DNA from: Vibrio alginolyticus NBRC 15630 = ATCC 17749
Lineage (GTDB): Bacteria; Pseudomonadota; Gammaproteobacteria; Enterobacterales; Vibrionaceae
DNA: 32,000 bases
Reading direction: 5' to 3'
NCBI RefSeq assembly: GCF_000354175.2
Contig: NC_022349.1
Location: 870,001-902,000, forward strand
Positions 8,962-17,914 of the stretch are shown in pieces (the stretch's first letter is position 1; each line of letters opens with the position of its first letter). A program made the translations under genes and the position numbers. The notes beneath the pieces were generated by a model. It had not been told where the DNA came from and did no database searches. It worked only from the letters and a program-made list of their open reading frames with translations.

Positions 8962-10143
8962 TTAAGGGAGTTCAGTTACCCAAAGTTGCCCTTGGGTGGC
9001 TTTTTTGAATCCATATTCGTAAATCGTCAGCAAGTAGCGGTGATCGAACATATCTTTCGTTACTTTGGCGTACCTGAAATCTTGATCAATGTAGGTAAAC
9101 TGCATCTCTATATCGTTGATTTTACTGATGTATTTCATTCGATAGAGATCACCACGAGTTTGCGCTAGCGTAAGGCTTGAGACACTTTTCGATACCAAGT
9201 CCAAACCTTTGTCTTTTAGTGGACGATACGGCGCTTTTAACGCACCATTGCGAATCACATCCAACTGAGGCGCTTTTTCTAACCCCAAAGCATCTGAGAT
9301 TTGTTGATAGTTGAAGTTAGACGGATTAAAGAACACCTGCGCTGCGAGACCGCCATCTACGTGTAACTCCTCAAGTATTTCTCCATCATGTTCAACATCG
9401 ATAAATTGTGGAGGGAAAACACCAGGGATCGATGCGCTCGCAGCAAGCACCTTGTAAATCAGTTCAGATTTGTCCGCCAAATCACTGTTCGCAATCGCAC
9501 CAATATTCCAAATCACCAGTTCGCCTGAATCAAAATGGGTACTGCCAATAAAGAGGCGTTTACCATTGCGGTGTTGCTGCGCCATCGCCTCGATCATGGG
9601 CTCAGGGTAAGCGTCTGCGATGAAATCATAGAGATTCTCACCATCGGTAAACGCGTCCTTAAACAGGGTATTTAAGAAGTTCTTCTTACCCAAAATATTC
9701 TTATCATTGATGTTGAGCATGACTTCTTTCATCTTTGGCATCGCATCACCGCCAATGAAAACAAAAGGAGCGATTAGGGCACCCGCACTGACTCCAGTAA
9801 TGATGGCATAATCTTTTAGCTCCCCCTTTTCCTGCAGCCCCATCAAAACGCCGGCACCGTATGCGCCGTTTACGCCACCACCCGATAAGGCCAAAATATT
9901 GAGCTGTTCACCCTCTACTTTGATCGGTGTGGTTTGATTGTGCGACGAGTAGAGAAAATCCGGAGCTTCATTGGCCCACATTCGAAGTGGCTCATTTGGT
10001 GTCGAACTCGCGATCTCGACATCTTTATAGTTGCTTTGAGAAACACGAACATCCAGCGTATGGGGTGAACTACAAGCTACTATCAGCAGCGAAAGTACAA
10101 CCGTCACACCAGAGGAAATTAAACGATTCATAATCAGTCTCAT
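8962..10143 (-). CDS. patatin-like phospholipase, predicted lipoprotein
   Basis: 393 aa. Lipobox LIVAC. Oxyanion motif SGGGVNGAYGAG, nucleophile elbow GVSAG, and catalytic-dyad Asp in HVDGG. Confidence 0.85.
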   Translation of the reverse strand: MRLIMNRLISSGVTVVLSLLIVACSSPHTLDVRVSQSNYKDVEIASSTPNEPLRMWANEAPDFLYSSHNQTTPIKVEGEQLNILALSGGGVNGAYGAGVLMGLQEKGELKDYAIITGVSAGALIAPFVFIGGDAMPKMKEVMLNINDKNILGKKNFLNTLFKDAFTDGENLYDFIADAYPEPMIEAMAQQHRNGKRLFIGSTHFDSGELVIWNIGAIANSDLADKSELIYKVLAASASIPGVFPPQFIDVEHDGEILEELHVDGGLAAQVFFNPSNFNYQQISDALGLEKAPQLDVIRNGALKAPYRPLKDKGLDLVSKSVSSLTLAQTRGDLYRMKYISKINDIEMQFTYIDQDFRYAKVTKDMFDHRYLLTIYEYGFKKATQGQLWVTELP

Positions 10144-10250
10144 TTAATGTTCTCTGGCGTATGACCAGAGACTCAGTTTGAAGTTAATTGGGTCAAAATG
10201 AAGTCCGTTTCGTTGTTTGGAGTTACTATAGCTAGGCACGGCTAAACCCC

Positions 10251-10290
10251 ATAATCGCGATTGTAGGATGCTATCCATCAAAGCAATTAT
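10251..10290. repeat. REP-like imperfect palindrome, copy A
   Basis: ATAATCGCGATTGTAGGAT-gct-ATCCATCAAAGCAATTAT. Lies between the pdxY stop and the patatin start. Both arms match the family consensus ATCCTACAAAnGCGATTAT. Confidence 0.75.
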
Positions 10291-10341
10291 GCCAAGTTTC
10301 TATATGCTAACTTTACGCTTCTCCGTTAATTAGGTACTGCG

Positions 10342-11199
10342 CTAAGCAATTTTCACGACGTTGAACTCATACGTCGGTTCGACAAATTCGTATTGGGCAT
10401 TGATCGTCTGTAGCTCCCATGTGCCATAGCCTTTTGTGATCTCCAATACACCGTAAACGGCGTTATGTGTATGACGAAAGGCTGCGACAGGAGACATCTT
10501 CTTCACCAAACAAGAGGTAAAAATCGCAGAAATTAAATCACCGACTCCGACTGGCTGCATAGCAAATTCAACACTAGGTCGTTGGGCCAAATAGCTTGCT
10601 TTCGGCGTCGCTAAAATCATACTGAAGGCGTCATCTGTTAGTGCATGCAGGTGTTTCACCAATACCATTTTCGGTCCTAACTCTAAGGCTTTTTTACATG
10701 CAGTGACCGCATCATAAAGAGAGTTAATTTTCACACCTGTTAACTCGCTCAGTTCAAACTGGTTAGGAACAATCACATCAGCGATGGGCAACAAGCTATG
10801 GCTTATCGCTTCTTTGACACCGTCTGCCACAATGCAACCTTTGTCTGGATCACCCATAACTGGGTCACACACATACAGTGCACTATGGTTACGCGATTTG
10901 ACTAAACTTACCGCTTCGGCCACCGCTCGACATTGCTCTGCGCTGCCTTGATAACCGGACAGTATCGCGCCACATTCGCCTAACTTCTCAATGTTATCTA
11001 AGCCTCTCATTAGAGAATGAATTTCATCTGCCCCAAACTTCTGTCCAGTCCAACCTTGCTGGTACTGAGTGTGATTTGAAAACTGAACCGTGTGAATTGG
11101 CCAGACTTCGAGGCCCATTCTCTGCATCGGGAAGACGGCAGAACTGTTTCCTGCGTGGCCATAAACCACATGAGATTGAATAGAAATAATGCTTTTCAT
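10342..11199 (-). CDS. pdxY: pyridoxal kinase PdxY
   Basis: 285 aa. The N-terminus [46 protein letters not shown] is near-collinear with E. coli PdxY (..[37 protein letters not shown]). Confidence 0.85.
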   Translation of the reverse strand: MKSIISIQSHVVYGHAGNSSAVFPMQRMGLEVWPIHTVQFSNHTQYQQGWTGQKFGADEIHSLMRGLDNIEKLGECGAILSGYQGSAEQCRAVAEAVSLVKSRNHSALYVCDPVMGDPDKGCIVADGVKEAISHSLLPIADVIVPNQFELSELTGVKINSLYDAVTACKKALELGPKMVLVKHLHALTDDAFSMILATPKASYLAQRPSVEFAMQPVGVGDLISAIFTSCLVKKMSPVAAFRHTHNAVYGVLEITKGYGTWELQTINAQYEFVEPTYEFNVVKIA

Positions 11200-11281
11200 A
11201 AGTCACTCTTAATTGAGAAGTTTGTTAGCTTGGCGACTAAATAAACACAATATCGCGCACTGTGCTTATTTGGTCGGAATA

Positions 11282-11300
11282 GCCTCGACAACGCCGAGGC
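11282..11300 (-). terminator. possible weak terminator or processing hairpin between asdA and pdxY
   Basis: GCCTCG-(7 nt)-CGAGGC with partly extendable AT pairs. No clear U-tract on the minus strand, so it may not terminate. Confidence 0.3.
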
Positions 11301-11324
11301 TTATTCTTAATCAGGCTGGATTAA

Positions 11325-12920
11325 TTAGCCTTGGAACTCAGCGAAGTACTCATCCAACACTTTGCGCGTTGCACGACCGATAAGCTCGTATTCGTGATGA
11401 GTAAGGTTTGCTAACGAAACTCGAACTGATGCGTGTACTACATCGAAGCCTTGGCCTGGAAGTAGGATAACGCCGGTTTCATGTGCAAGACGGAACAGGA
11501 AGTCTTTGCCCTTCTCGCTCGCTTTGAACCATTCAACGAAGGCTGGTCCGTACAATTTGCCGCCCAAAGTGTCGAGCTCAAGCAGTGTGTAGTAGTCCAC
11601 ACGATCTTTGTTTTCTTCAATTTCTACACCCATGTTTTTGTACAGAGTTTTGTAACGCTCGCGAATGATGCGTTTACATGCTTCTTTGTAGTTTTTCTCT
11701 GAGTCCATCAGACAATTCAATGAGAACAACGCCATTTGAACTTGTTGAGGAAGAGACAAACCTGCTGTGTGGTTAAGCGCTACGCTGCGGCTGTCTGCTA
11801 CGATACGGTCAATAAACTTAATCTCACGAGGTTCCGGAGTCAGTGTTTTGTAACGATCGTCCAACTCAAGTTGACGCGCTTCAGGAAGGCTGCGCATTGC
11901 ATCGTCAAACACGTTGTTGTGTTGAATCGCAATCGAGCCTAAACGCCAGCCTGTTGCACCGAAGTACTTCGAGAACGAGTAAACACAAAGCGTGTTGTAT
12001 GGCAGTTTCGCGAACAGTGAGACAAAGTCGTCCGCGAATGTGCCGTATACATCGTCAGTCACAATGAACAGGTCGCTGCGTTCGTTGTTCACAAAATTTG
12101 ATAGGTTATCCAGAGTCTCATCCGAGAACTTCACAGACGCTGGGTTTGCTGGGTTCACGACACAAAGCAGTTTGATGTCTGTATCTGCAAGCTTTTCGAT
12201 TTCAGACATCGGCAGCTGCCATGTTGTCTCATCCAAACGTAGTTCAACGATTTCCAGTTCGTATTCACTCAGTTCTGGAATTTCTAGGTACGGCGTAAAG
12301 ATTGGAGTGATTAGCGCGATCTTGTCACCTTTCTTCAACAGACCGTTGTTGAACATAGTTTGGAACGTGTACGTCATAGACGCTGTGCCGCCTTCCGTTG
12401 CAAACAGATCGAAGTCTGTTGTCATTGGCATCGGGCCGTACATCTCTTCTGCGATGTACTGCTTCACAACCCTTTCGATGTTCGTCAACATACGTGGTGG
12501 CACTGGGTAGTTACATGCAAGGTATGCGTTAACCAGCTCATTCAAAAATGCCTGTTTCTCTAGACCCAAACGGTCTTTTGCGTAGCTCAGCGACTTTTCC
12601 AAGAACTGTACGCCTTGGTCTTGTTTATTCTTGCTTGCAAACGTATCGAAGCGCTCAACAATGCCCACACCATCTGGAATGCCACCGAAACCACCATCTA
12701 GGTATGAATAAGTGCGCTCGGCTTCCAATATTGCGAACTCACCCAAACGAATGAACGCTTTACGTGGTAGTGTCGCAAGAAAATTAGGATTACCACGACC
12801 TGCATCTAATAACGCGCGGTCAGGAACAGTTTGTGCCACTTCAATTAGTTTATCTTTTAATTCAAATGGGCTTAAATCTGCAAATTTTGAAAAATCAATT
12901 GTTGTATTTGGCGTAGTCAT
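11325..12920 (-). CDS. asdA: bifunctional aspartate aminotransferase / aspartate 4-decarboxylase (PLP-dependent)
   Basis: 531 aa. Motifs LSPFELKD, GRGNPNFLAT, CNYPVPPRML, FTPYLEIPEL, VYSFSKYFGATGWRLG and ADSRSVALNHTAGLS..PQQVQMALFSL match my recollection of Alcaligenes/Pseudomonas AsdA along the whole length. Confidence 0.85.
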   Translation of the reverse strand: MTTPNTTIDFSKFADLSPFELKDKLIEVAQTVPDRALLDAGRGNPNFLATLPRKAFIRLGEFAILEAERTYSYLDGGFGGIPDGVGIVERFDTFASKNKQDQGVQFLEKSLSYAKDRLGLEKQAFLNELVNAYLACNYPVPPRMLTNIERVVKQYIAEEMYGPMPMTTDFDLFATEGGTASMTYTFQTMFNNGLLKKGDKIALITPIFTPYLEIPELSEYELEIVELRLDETTWQLPMSEIEKLADTDIKLLCVVNPANPASVKFSDETLDNLSNFVNNERSDLFIVTDDVYGTFADDFVSLFAKLPYNTLCVYSFSKYFGATGWRLGSIAIQHNNVFDDAMRSLPEARQLELDDRYKTLTPEPREIKFIDRIVADSRSVALNHTAGLSLPQQVQMALFSLNCLMDSEKNYKEACKRIIRERYKTLYKNMGVEIEENKDRVDYYTLLELDTLGGKLYGPAFVEWFKASEKGKDFLFRLAHETGVILLPGQGFDVVHASVRVSLANLTHHEYELIGRATRKVLDEYFAEFQG

Positions 12921-13015
12921 AATATTTACCTGAATTTATTATTTAGTGAAATTTGGATAATACTTCCCCTACCGCCTATTTAATTAGGCGATAAGAGTGT
13001 TCGAATTTATTTAAA

Positions 13016-14731
13016 TTACATGCCTGCGTTTAAAGTAATAATGCCGACAATAATAGGACCCCATAGGGTGAGCAGTACATTGGCGACAGCATAAGTCACG
13101 GTGAATGAGAATACTGGCGTTGCGTTACCTGTTTTTTCCATTAAAGCCGCGAATGCTGGGTTCGCACTTCGTCCACCTGTCACACAGCCAAGTGCTTCAA
13201 CTGGGTTCTTAATCTTCAATACAAAGTATGAGAAAAAGAACGAAATAAACTGAGGAATAATGGTCACAGCCATACCAAGGAACAACAGAGACATACCGTG
13301 TTCTTTGATGGTGTCGACCGCTTGAGGCCCAGCCTCAAGGCCAACAATGCCCACAAATGCTGCCAAACCGAAATCTCGAATAAAGTTCGCGGCACCCACA
13401 GGAAACTGAGCAACATGCGGATTGCGGCTACGCAACCAACCGACAATCAAACCTGAGATCAAACAACCTGCACCAGAACCGATAGTGACGGGAATACCAG
13501 CAATCTTAAAACTGATTAGACCAATTAATAGACCCACCACCATGCCCATACCAAGCACGACTAAGTCAGTCACGTTTGCTGAGCCCATTCGCTGACCAAT
13601 GTTTTTCTCAACGCGATTGATATCTTTTGCGGTACCTGTAAGCTGGATGACGTCGTTTTTCTTCACCACAAGATCCGGCGTCATTTCGATAGAGCTGCCT
13701 TCACGAATGTAATCCGTCACATAAATACCGCGCATAAAGCCTTGGTTCGAAGCCTCTTTAATCTCTTGCAGCGACTTACCAATCAGTTTGCGGTTGTCTG
13801 CGATCAGTTGACGGTTTTCTTCAATAACTTCATAGCCTTCTGGAAGTGCAATCTCGTTGTCAGCCAAACCATCTTGCAGCTGATGTACTGCATTACGGCG
13901 ACCTGTTACAACAATGACATCCCCTTCTTTCAGTGCTGTGAATTTGTCCACTTCTAGCACTTTGCCATCACGTTGAATCAATTCAATACAAGCAGCTAGA
14001 GCGTGTTGGTTTAACTGAGCTAGGGTTTTGCCTGCTAGCCCGCCATCTTTGCTCACTTTAAATGCTCGTGTAACCAGCGCGGTTACTGCGTTGAATTCAC
14101 CCGGCGCAAGATCGCGCTTACCATTTGAGTTTTTCTCTTCTAGCGCAATCGCTTCTGCTCGGATATCCCACTTCATCAGTGTTGGGAATACCCATGTCAC
14201 CATAAGAATTGGACCAAGCGAACCAAAGATGTACGTAACTGCATAGCCGACTGCGACGTTGGTCTGCATTAGGTGTTTCGCTTCTTCTGTCACACCACCA
14301 AGACGTGCGATCGCATCACCCGCTGTACCGATGATTGCCGATTGAGTCAAACCACCAGCTGCAAGACCAGCTGCCGTACCTCTGTCTAGATCAAACATCC
14401 AAGCTGCCGCTAACACACAAAGCAGACCTGAAACCGTCATAACCACGGCAGAAAGTAGAATGTTGATGGTTCTAAAGTTCAATGCTTTGAAGAACTGCGC
14501 ACCACCTTGATACCCTACTGCGTAAATAAAGAGCGCAAAGAAAATGCTTTTTACGCCGGGATCAATATGAACACCAAATTGCCCAATAATTACACCCATT
14601 AATAATGTTCCGGCAACACCGCCAAGAACAAATCGACCAATGGTAATTTTACCAACCATATAACCGAGAGAGAGCGTAATAAAGAGAGCAACAAATGGTG
14701 CCATGTCAAAAAGGTTAGAAATAATTTCCAT
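13016..14731 (-). CDS. aspT: aspartate:alanine antiporter AspT (AAEx / YidE-YbjL duplicated-permease family)
   Basis: The track ORF starts at a TTG (14767). I prefer ATG 14731 (MEIISNLFDMAPFVALF..). Two polytopic halves are separated by a central soluble (TrkA_C-like) region. It lies immediately upstream of asdA on the same strand, the known aspT-asdA pairing. Confidence 0.8.
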   Translation of the reverse strand: MEIISNLFDMAPFVALFITLSLGYMVGKITIGRFVLGGVAGTLLMGVIIGQFGVHIDPGVKSIFFALFIYAVGYQGGAQFFKALNFRTINILLSAVVMTVSGLLCVLAAAWMFDLDRGTAAGLAAGGLTQSAIIGTAGDAIARLGGVTEEAKHLMQTNVAVGYAVTYIFGSLGPILMVTWVFPTLMKWDIRAEAIALEEKNSNGKRDLAPGEFNAVTALVTRAFKVSKDGGLAGKTLAQLNQHALAACIELIQRDGKVLEVDKFTALKEGDVIVVTGRRNAVHQLQDGLADNEIALPEGYEVIEENRQLIADNRKLIGKSLQEIKEASNQGFMRGIYVTDYIREGSSIEMTPDLVVKKNDVIQLTGTAKDINRVEKNIGQRMGSANVTDLVVLGMGMVVGLLIGLISFKIAGIPVTIGSGAGCLISGLIVGWLRSRNPHVAQFPVGAANFIRDFGLAAFVGIVGLEAGPQAVDTIKEHGMSLLFLGMAVTIIPQFISFFFSYFVLKIKNPVEALGCVTGGRSANPAFAALMEKTGNATPVFSFTVTYAVANVLLTLWGPIIVGIITLNAGM

Positions 14732-15054
14732 GACAATTTTACTCTTACTAATAAATATAAAACTCAAATAATCTAACTAATAATCTTTCACTCATATTTG
14801 TTGGATTATTTAATTTAAAAAGCATCTCGTTTGCTTCGAAGCGAATATTAGGAACAAAAACTCACAACTCGTAATCCCATTTGAAGGATGAAACCATCAC
14901 TTCGCATATTCAAAAGCAAAAATCGATCAATAATTGTCGAAAATTTAATAACTTAGCGTTCTGCAATGAACACCAGATAAATCGCAAAATAATTTTATTT
15001 TTGTTTTCGCGCTTCAAAAAGCGGTTTGGTTGCATCATTCCCTCTATATAGCGC

Positions 15055-15099
15055 ATAACACCTTTCGTTTGATGGATTAGATCCTCCAAAAGCGATTAT
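15055..15099. repeat. REP-like imperfect palindrome, copy B
   Basis: ATAACACCTTTCGTTTGATGGAT-tag-ATCCTCCAAAAGCGATTAT, about 60 nt upstream of the aaeX start. Confidence 0.7.
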
Positions 15100-15157
15100 C
15101 ACGGATGCCATCATTTGCCTTATCTTTCCATTCATCAAGTTAATAGAGAAAAACACC

Positions 15158-15370
15158 ATGAACTCAATGCCACATGAACTTGTGTGGGGCGAAGTTTACT
15201 TCCCACCCTTGTTGCTGGTTATTGCATTGGCTTACATGCTCACCATTTTGGTCGGAACCGTTGCTACAAAACTGGGACTCCACAAATACGTTGCATTTCC
15301 TGCACTCGCAGAGCTAAGCCTAATTGTGATTTTTACTGGCGTTATTGGTCGATTCATTACGATATTTTGA
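15158..15370 (+). CDS. aaeX: AaeX-like small membrane protein (DUF1656)
   Basis: 70 aa with two TMs. Its position directly before an AaeA-like adaptor matches E. coli aaeXAB order. Confidence 0.7.
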   Translation: MNSMPHELVWGEVYFPPLLLVIALAYMLTILVGTVATKLGLHKYVAFPALAELSLIVIFTGVIGRFITIF

Positions 15371-15380
15371 GGCAAATTCC

Positions 15381-16244
15381 GTGATAAAACGTTATCTCAT
15401 CACACTGCTACTACTGTGTTCCGCTGGCACCGTGATTTTCAGCTACTACCAATCATACTCTGACACCCCTTGGACTAGAGATGGCCAAGTTAGCGCGCAC
15501 ATCGTTTCTATAACCCCCCGCGTAACAGGACAAATCATCCAAGTCTACGTTGAAGACGATTCGCAAGTGAAACAAGGCGATTTGCTGTTTGAGATTGACC
15601 CAAGCATCTATAAAGCGGCGTACCACAAAGCGCTAGCAGCTCAAAAGCAAGCCATTGCATTACTAGCAAAGGCCAAAAATGAAGAGCAGCGAGCACTTAA
15701 GTTAGAAAAGCGCACACCTGGCGCCGTACCTGTACTGACATTGAATAACCTAGACAATGCAGTGGAGACAGCCGTTGCCAACGTAGAACTCGCGAAAGCC
15801 AATGTTGAAGAAGCCAAGCTAAACCTTGATTACACAAAAGTTTATGCGCCAACGAATGGTTATATAACTAATTTGAACTTACGCGTCGGCTCTCAAGTCG
15901 TCGCTAACTCCCCAGTCGTGGCTTTGATTGATGAAGACAGCTTTTGGATCGAAGGATATTTCAAAGAAACGGATTTAGTTGGCGTTGATCCACAAGATAA
16001 AGCCTACGTGACCTTAATGATGCACAATGAAGCTGTGCTGGAAGGAAAAATCAAAAGCATTGGCTACGGCATTGCGAAGCAAGATGGTAGTACTGGTAAC
16101 GATCTTTTGCCCAATGTGAACCCTAACTTTCAGTGGATACGCTTAGCTCAACGCATTCCAATTAAAGTTAAATTAGATCACTTACCGAAAGATTTTCAAC
16201 TACGTGTTGGTATGACGGCCTCTATCAAAATCATCAAACAATAA
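15381..16244 (+). CDS. aaeA: AaeA-like HlyD-family efflux adaptor
   Basis: The track start 15345 is a TTG overlapping aaeX. GTG 15381 has a GAGG Shine-Dalgarno sequence 8-9 nt upstream. The motif TPWTRDGQVSAHIVSITPRVTGQI parallels E. coli AaeA [24 protein letters not shown], and the C-terminal WIRLAQRIPIKVKLD parallels WVRLAQRVPVRIRLD. Confidence 0.8.
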   Translation: MIKRYLITLLLLCSAGTVIFSYYQSYSDTPWTRDGQVSAHIVSITPRVTGQIIQVYVEDDSQVKQGDLLFEIDPSIYKAAYHKALAAQKQAIALLAKAKNEEQRALKLEKRTPGAVPVLTLNNLDNAVETAVANVELAKANVEEAKLNLDYTKVYAPTNGYITNLNLRVGSQVVANSPVVALIDEDSFWIEGYFKETDLVGVDPQDKAYVTLMMHNEAVLEGKIKSIGYGIAKQDGSTGNDLLPNVNPNFQWIRLAQRIPIKVKLDHLPKDFQLRVGMTASIKIIKQ

Positions 16245-16257
16245 TGCGGTGGAATGT

Positions 16258-17613
16258 ATGTTTAATGCCTCAACCAAAGAAGCAATCAAAGCTGCGCTGT
16301 CTATCGTTATCGCGATCTGCCTTGCCTTATGGTTTCAATGGGAGAAACCGTATTGGGCAGCGATCGCAGTCGCGGTAATGGCATTAAATGAAAGCTTCGC
16401 TCACTCAATAAACAAAGGTCATAATCGCTTATTAGGAACCCTCCTTGGCATCGGTTATGCCTTTTTCCTCATCACGACGTTTTCTCAAGATCGCTTTTTG
16501 TTTCTCACCTTCTTCACCTTGTTTTTAGGTGCGTGCATTTTTATGTCGAGCGACGAAAAGTATGGTTATGTGTTCTCTATCGGTTTTGCTGTGTGCTCCA
16601 TCATCGCATGTATGGGAGGATTTGATAGTCAAGCAACGTTCCACTTCGCTGTTCTTCGCATGCAAGAGACGATTCTTGGTGTGATCACGTTTTCTGTTGT
16701 GTACCGATTAGTTTGGCCAGTCAGTACAGAACAAAACTTCATTCAACGTTTTGAGGCCAGCAGAGAGGCGATGCTTAACGCTATGAAATCGCCCAATGAT
16801 ATAGATACTGAAGCTCTTGAGACCAACACCGCCAACATAGAAAAGTTATTCCAACTGGTCGGCTTACCACTTACTGGCAGCTACCACTTGAAAGAGCATC
16901 GTCAGCTATGGCGCGCGCGTTTAAATGAGATGGCACAGATCCAAGACCGATTGCTAGAGCAAGCCGATAAGCCGCAACGTAATGAGATCGATTGGTCGAC
17001 GTTAGCACAGCAACTTCAAAGCTTTGATATTAAAAATCCAAGTACGTCTCTCATCGGTCACGTTGCTTGTGTCATGCAAAGAGAGAAAAACACAGTTTGG
17101 CATCACGAGCATCGAACGTTTATCCAGCATTTGAATGAAGACGGCAGAAAGGTATTGCAAGGTGTATCCATGTTCGTCACTTCTTTGTTGATCTGGATTT
17201 ATCTGCCCGTACCCGGAGGTTTCATTTTTCCGATGCTAGCTGGCGTGTTCTCTTCAATCGTTCCTACTATGCCACCAAGCATTATTAAAGATGCATTTTT
17301 TGGTGTGATAGGCACTGGCACGGTGATTCTATTGCAATACATTTTCCTAATGCCAATGATGACCGAGCTTTGGCAGCTTGGGCTATTCTACTTCATCAAC
17401 ATCATCGTAATTTGGAAGGTATTTTCCACACCAAAGCTGATGGTACACAGAATTCTAGGTATTAACTTATTGGTTGTCTTGACATCAGGAGCGCTCAATT
17501 TAACCCCAGCATATCGAATTGAAACGCCCTTGCTGATGCTGGTAAACATTATGATCATTTTGATGATTGCCAAGTTGTTTACTGATCTGTTCCGTGTTCG
17601 CGTCACGGCCTAA
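16258..17613 (+). CDS. FUSC-family (AaeB-like) efflux permease, short form
   Basis: ATG 16258 with a GGTGGA Shine-Dalgarno sequence; the track start 16249 is GTG. The N-terminal multi-TM bundle, soluble middle region and C-terminal TM bundle resemble AaeB. It is only about 451 aa against 655 aa for E. coli AaeB, with no C-terminal cytoplasmic tail. Confidence 0.7.
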   Translation: MFNASTKEAIKAALSIVIAICLALWFQWEKPYWAAIAVAVMALNESFAHSINKGHNRLLGTLLGIGYAFFLITTFSQDRFLFLTFFTLFLGACIFMSSDEKYGYVFSIGFAVCSIIACMGGFDSQATFHFAVLRMQETILGVITFSVVYRLVWPVSTEQNFIQRFEASREAMLNAMKSPNDIDTEALETNTANIEKLFQLVGLPLTGSYHLKEHRQLWRARLNEMAQIQDRLLEQADKPQRNEIDWSTLAQQLQSFDIKNPSTSLIGHVACVMQREKNTVWHHEHRTFIQHLNEDGRKVLQGVSMFVTSLLIWIYLPVPGGFIFPMLAGVFSSIVPTMPPSIIKDAFFGVIGTGTVILLQYIFLMPMMTELWQLGLFYFINIIVIWKVFSTPKLMVHRILGINLLVVLTSGALNLTPAYRIETPLLMLVNIMIILMIAKLFTDLFRVRVTA

Positions 17614-17637
17614 GCGTCACCTCCGTTCTTGAAACTA

Positions 17638-17676
17638 AAGCCCCGCATTGCTTTTGCTCTGCGGGGCTTTTTGCTT
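17638..17676 (+). terminator. intrinsic terminator of the aaeXA-FUSC operon
   Basis: AAGCCCCGCA-(12 nt)-TGCGGGGCTT followed by TTTTGCTTTG. Confidence 0.85.
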
Positions 17677-17703
17677 TGTTCACTGCCCTATTCCTGCCTC
17701 ACC

Positions 17704-17740
17704 CATAAAGCGAGGATAGTATCCATCAAAAGCGATTAAC
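17704..17740. repeat. REP-like imperfect palindrome, copy C (shortened left arm)
   Basis: CATAAAGCGAGGAT-agt-ATCCATCAAAAGCGATTAAC. Confidence 0.65.
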
Positions 17741-17914
17741 GGAATCTCTCTTCACCTCATAAAATCCTCTCATTGATTCACGAAATGCAATCGAAAACTC
17801 TGCATTCACAACGTCAATCACAGCAAACACATCTATCTAACTGAACAAGAAGTTCAGTGACACATTAACTGTCTGAGTCTCGAAGGTTTGAGACTATTCA
17901 GAGTGGAAACTGTC

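Noticed and set aside
8516-10143. T6SS phospholipase effector plus periplasmic immunity pair (Tle/Tli-like)
   Set aside because: The patatin protein has its own lipoprotein signal peptide, so it is Sec/Lol-exported. No VgrG, PAAR, Hcp or other T6SS genes are nearby.
11992-12510. 172-aa plus-strand ORF, together with the other plus ORFs between 11481 and 12933
   Set aside because: All are antisense to the well-supported asdA gene. They are Ser/Arg-rich low-complexity translations typical of shadow ORFs.
14732-14767. N-terminal extensions proposed by the ORF track (starts at 14767, 15345, 16249, 17888, 19768, 26698, 28186, 29255 and 30459)
   Set aside because: These start codons are TTG or GTG without a Shine-Dalgarno sequence. 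Downstream ATG codons (GTG at 15381) have good Shine-Dalgarno sequences and give sensible N-termini, signal peptides or family-typical starts.
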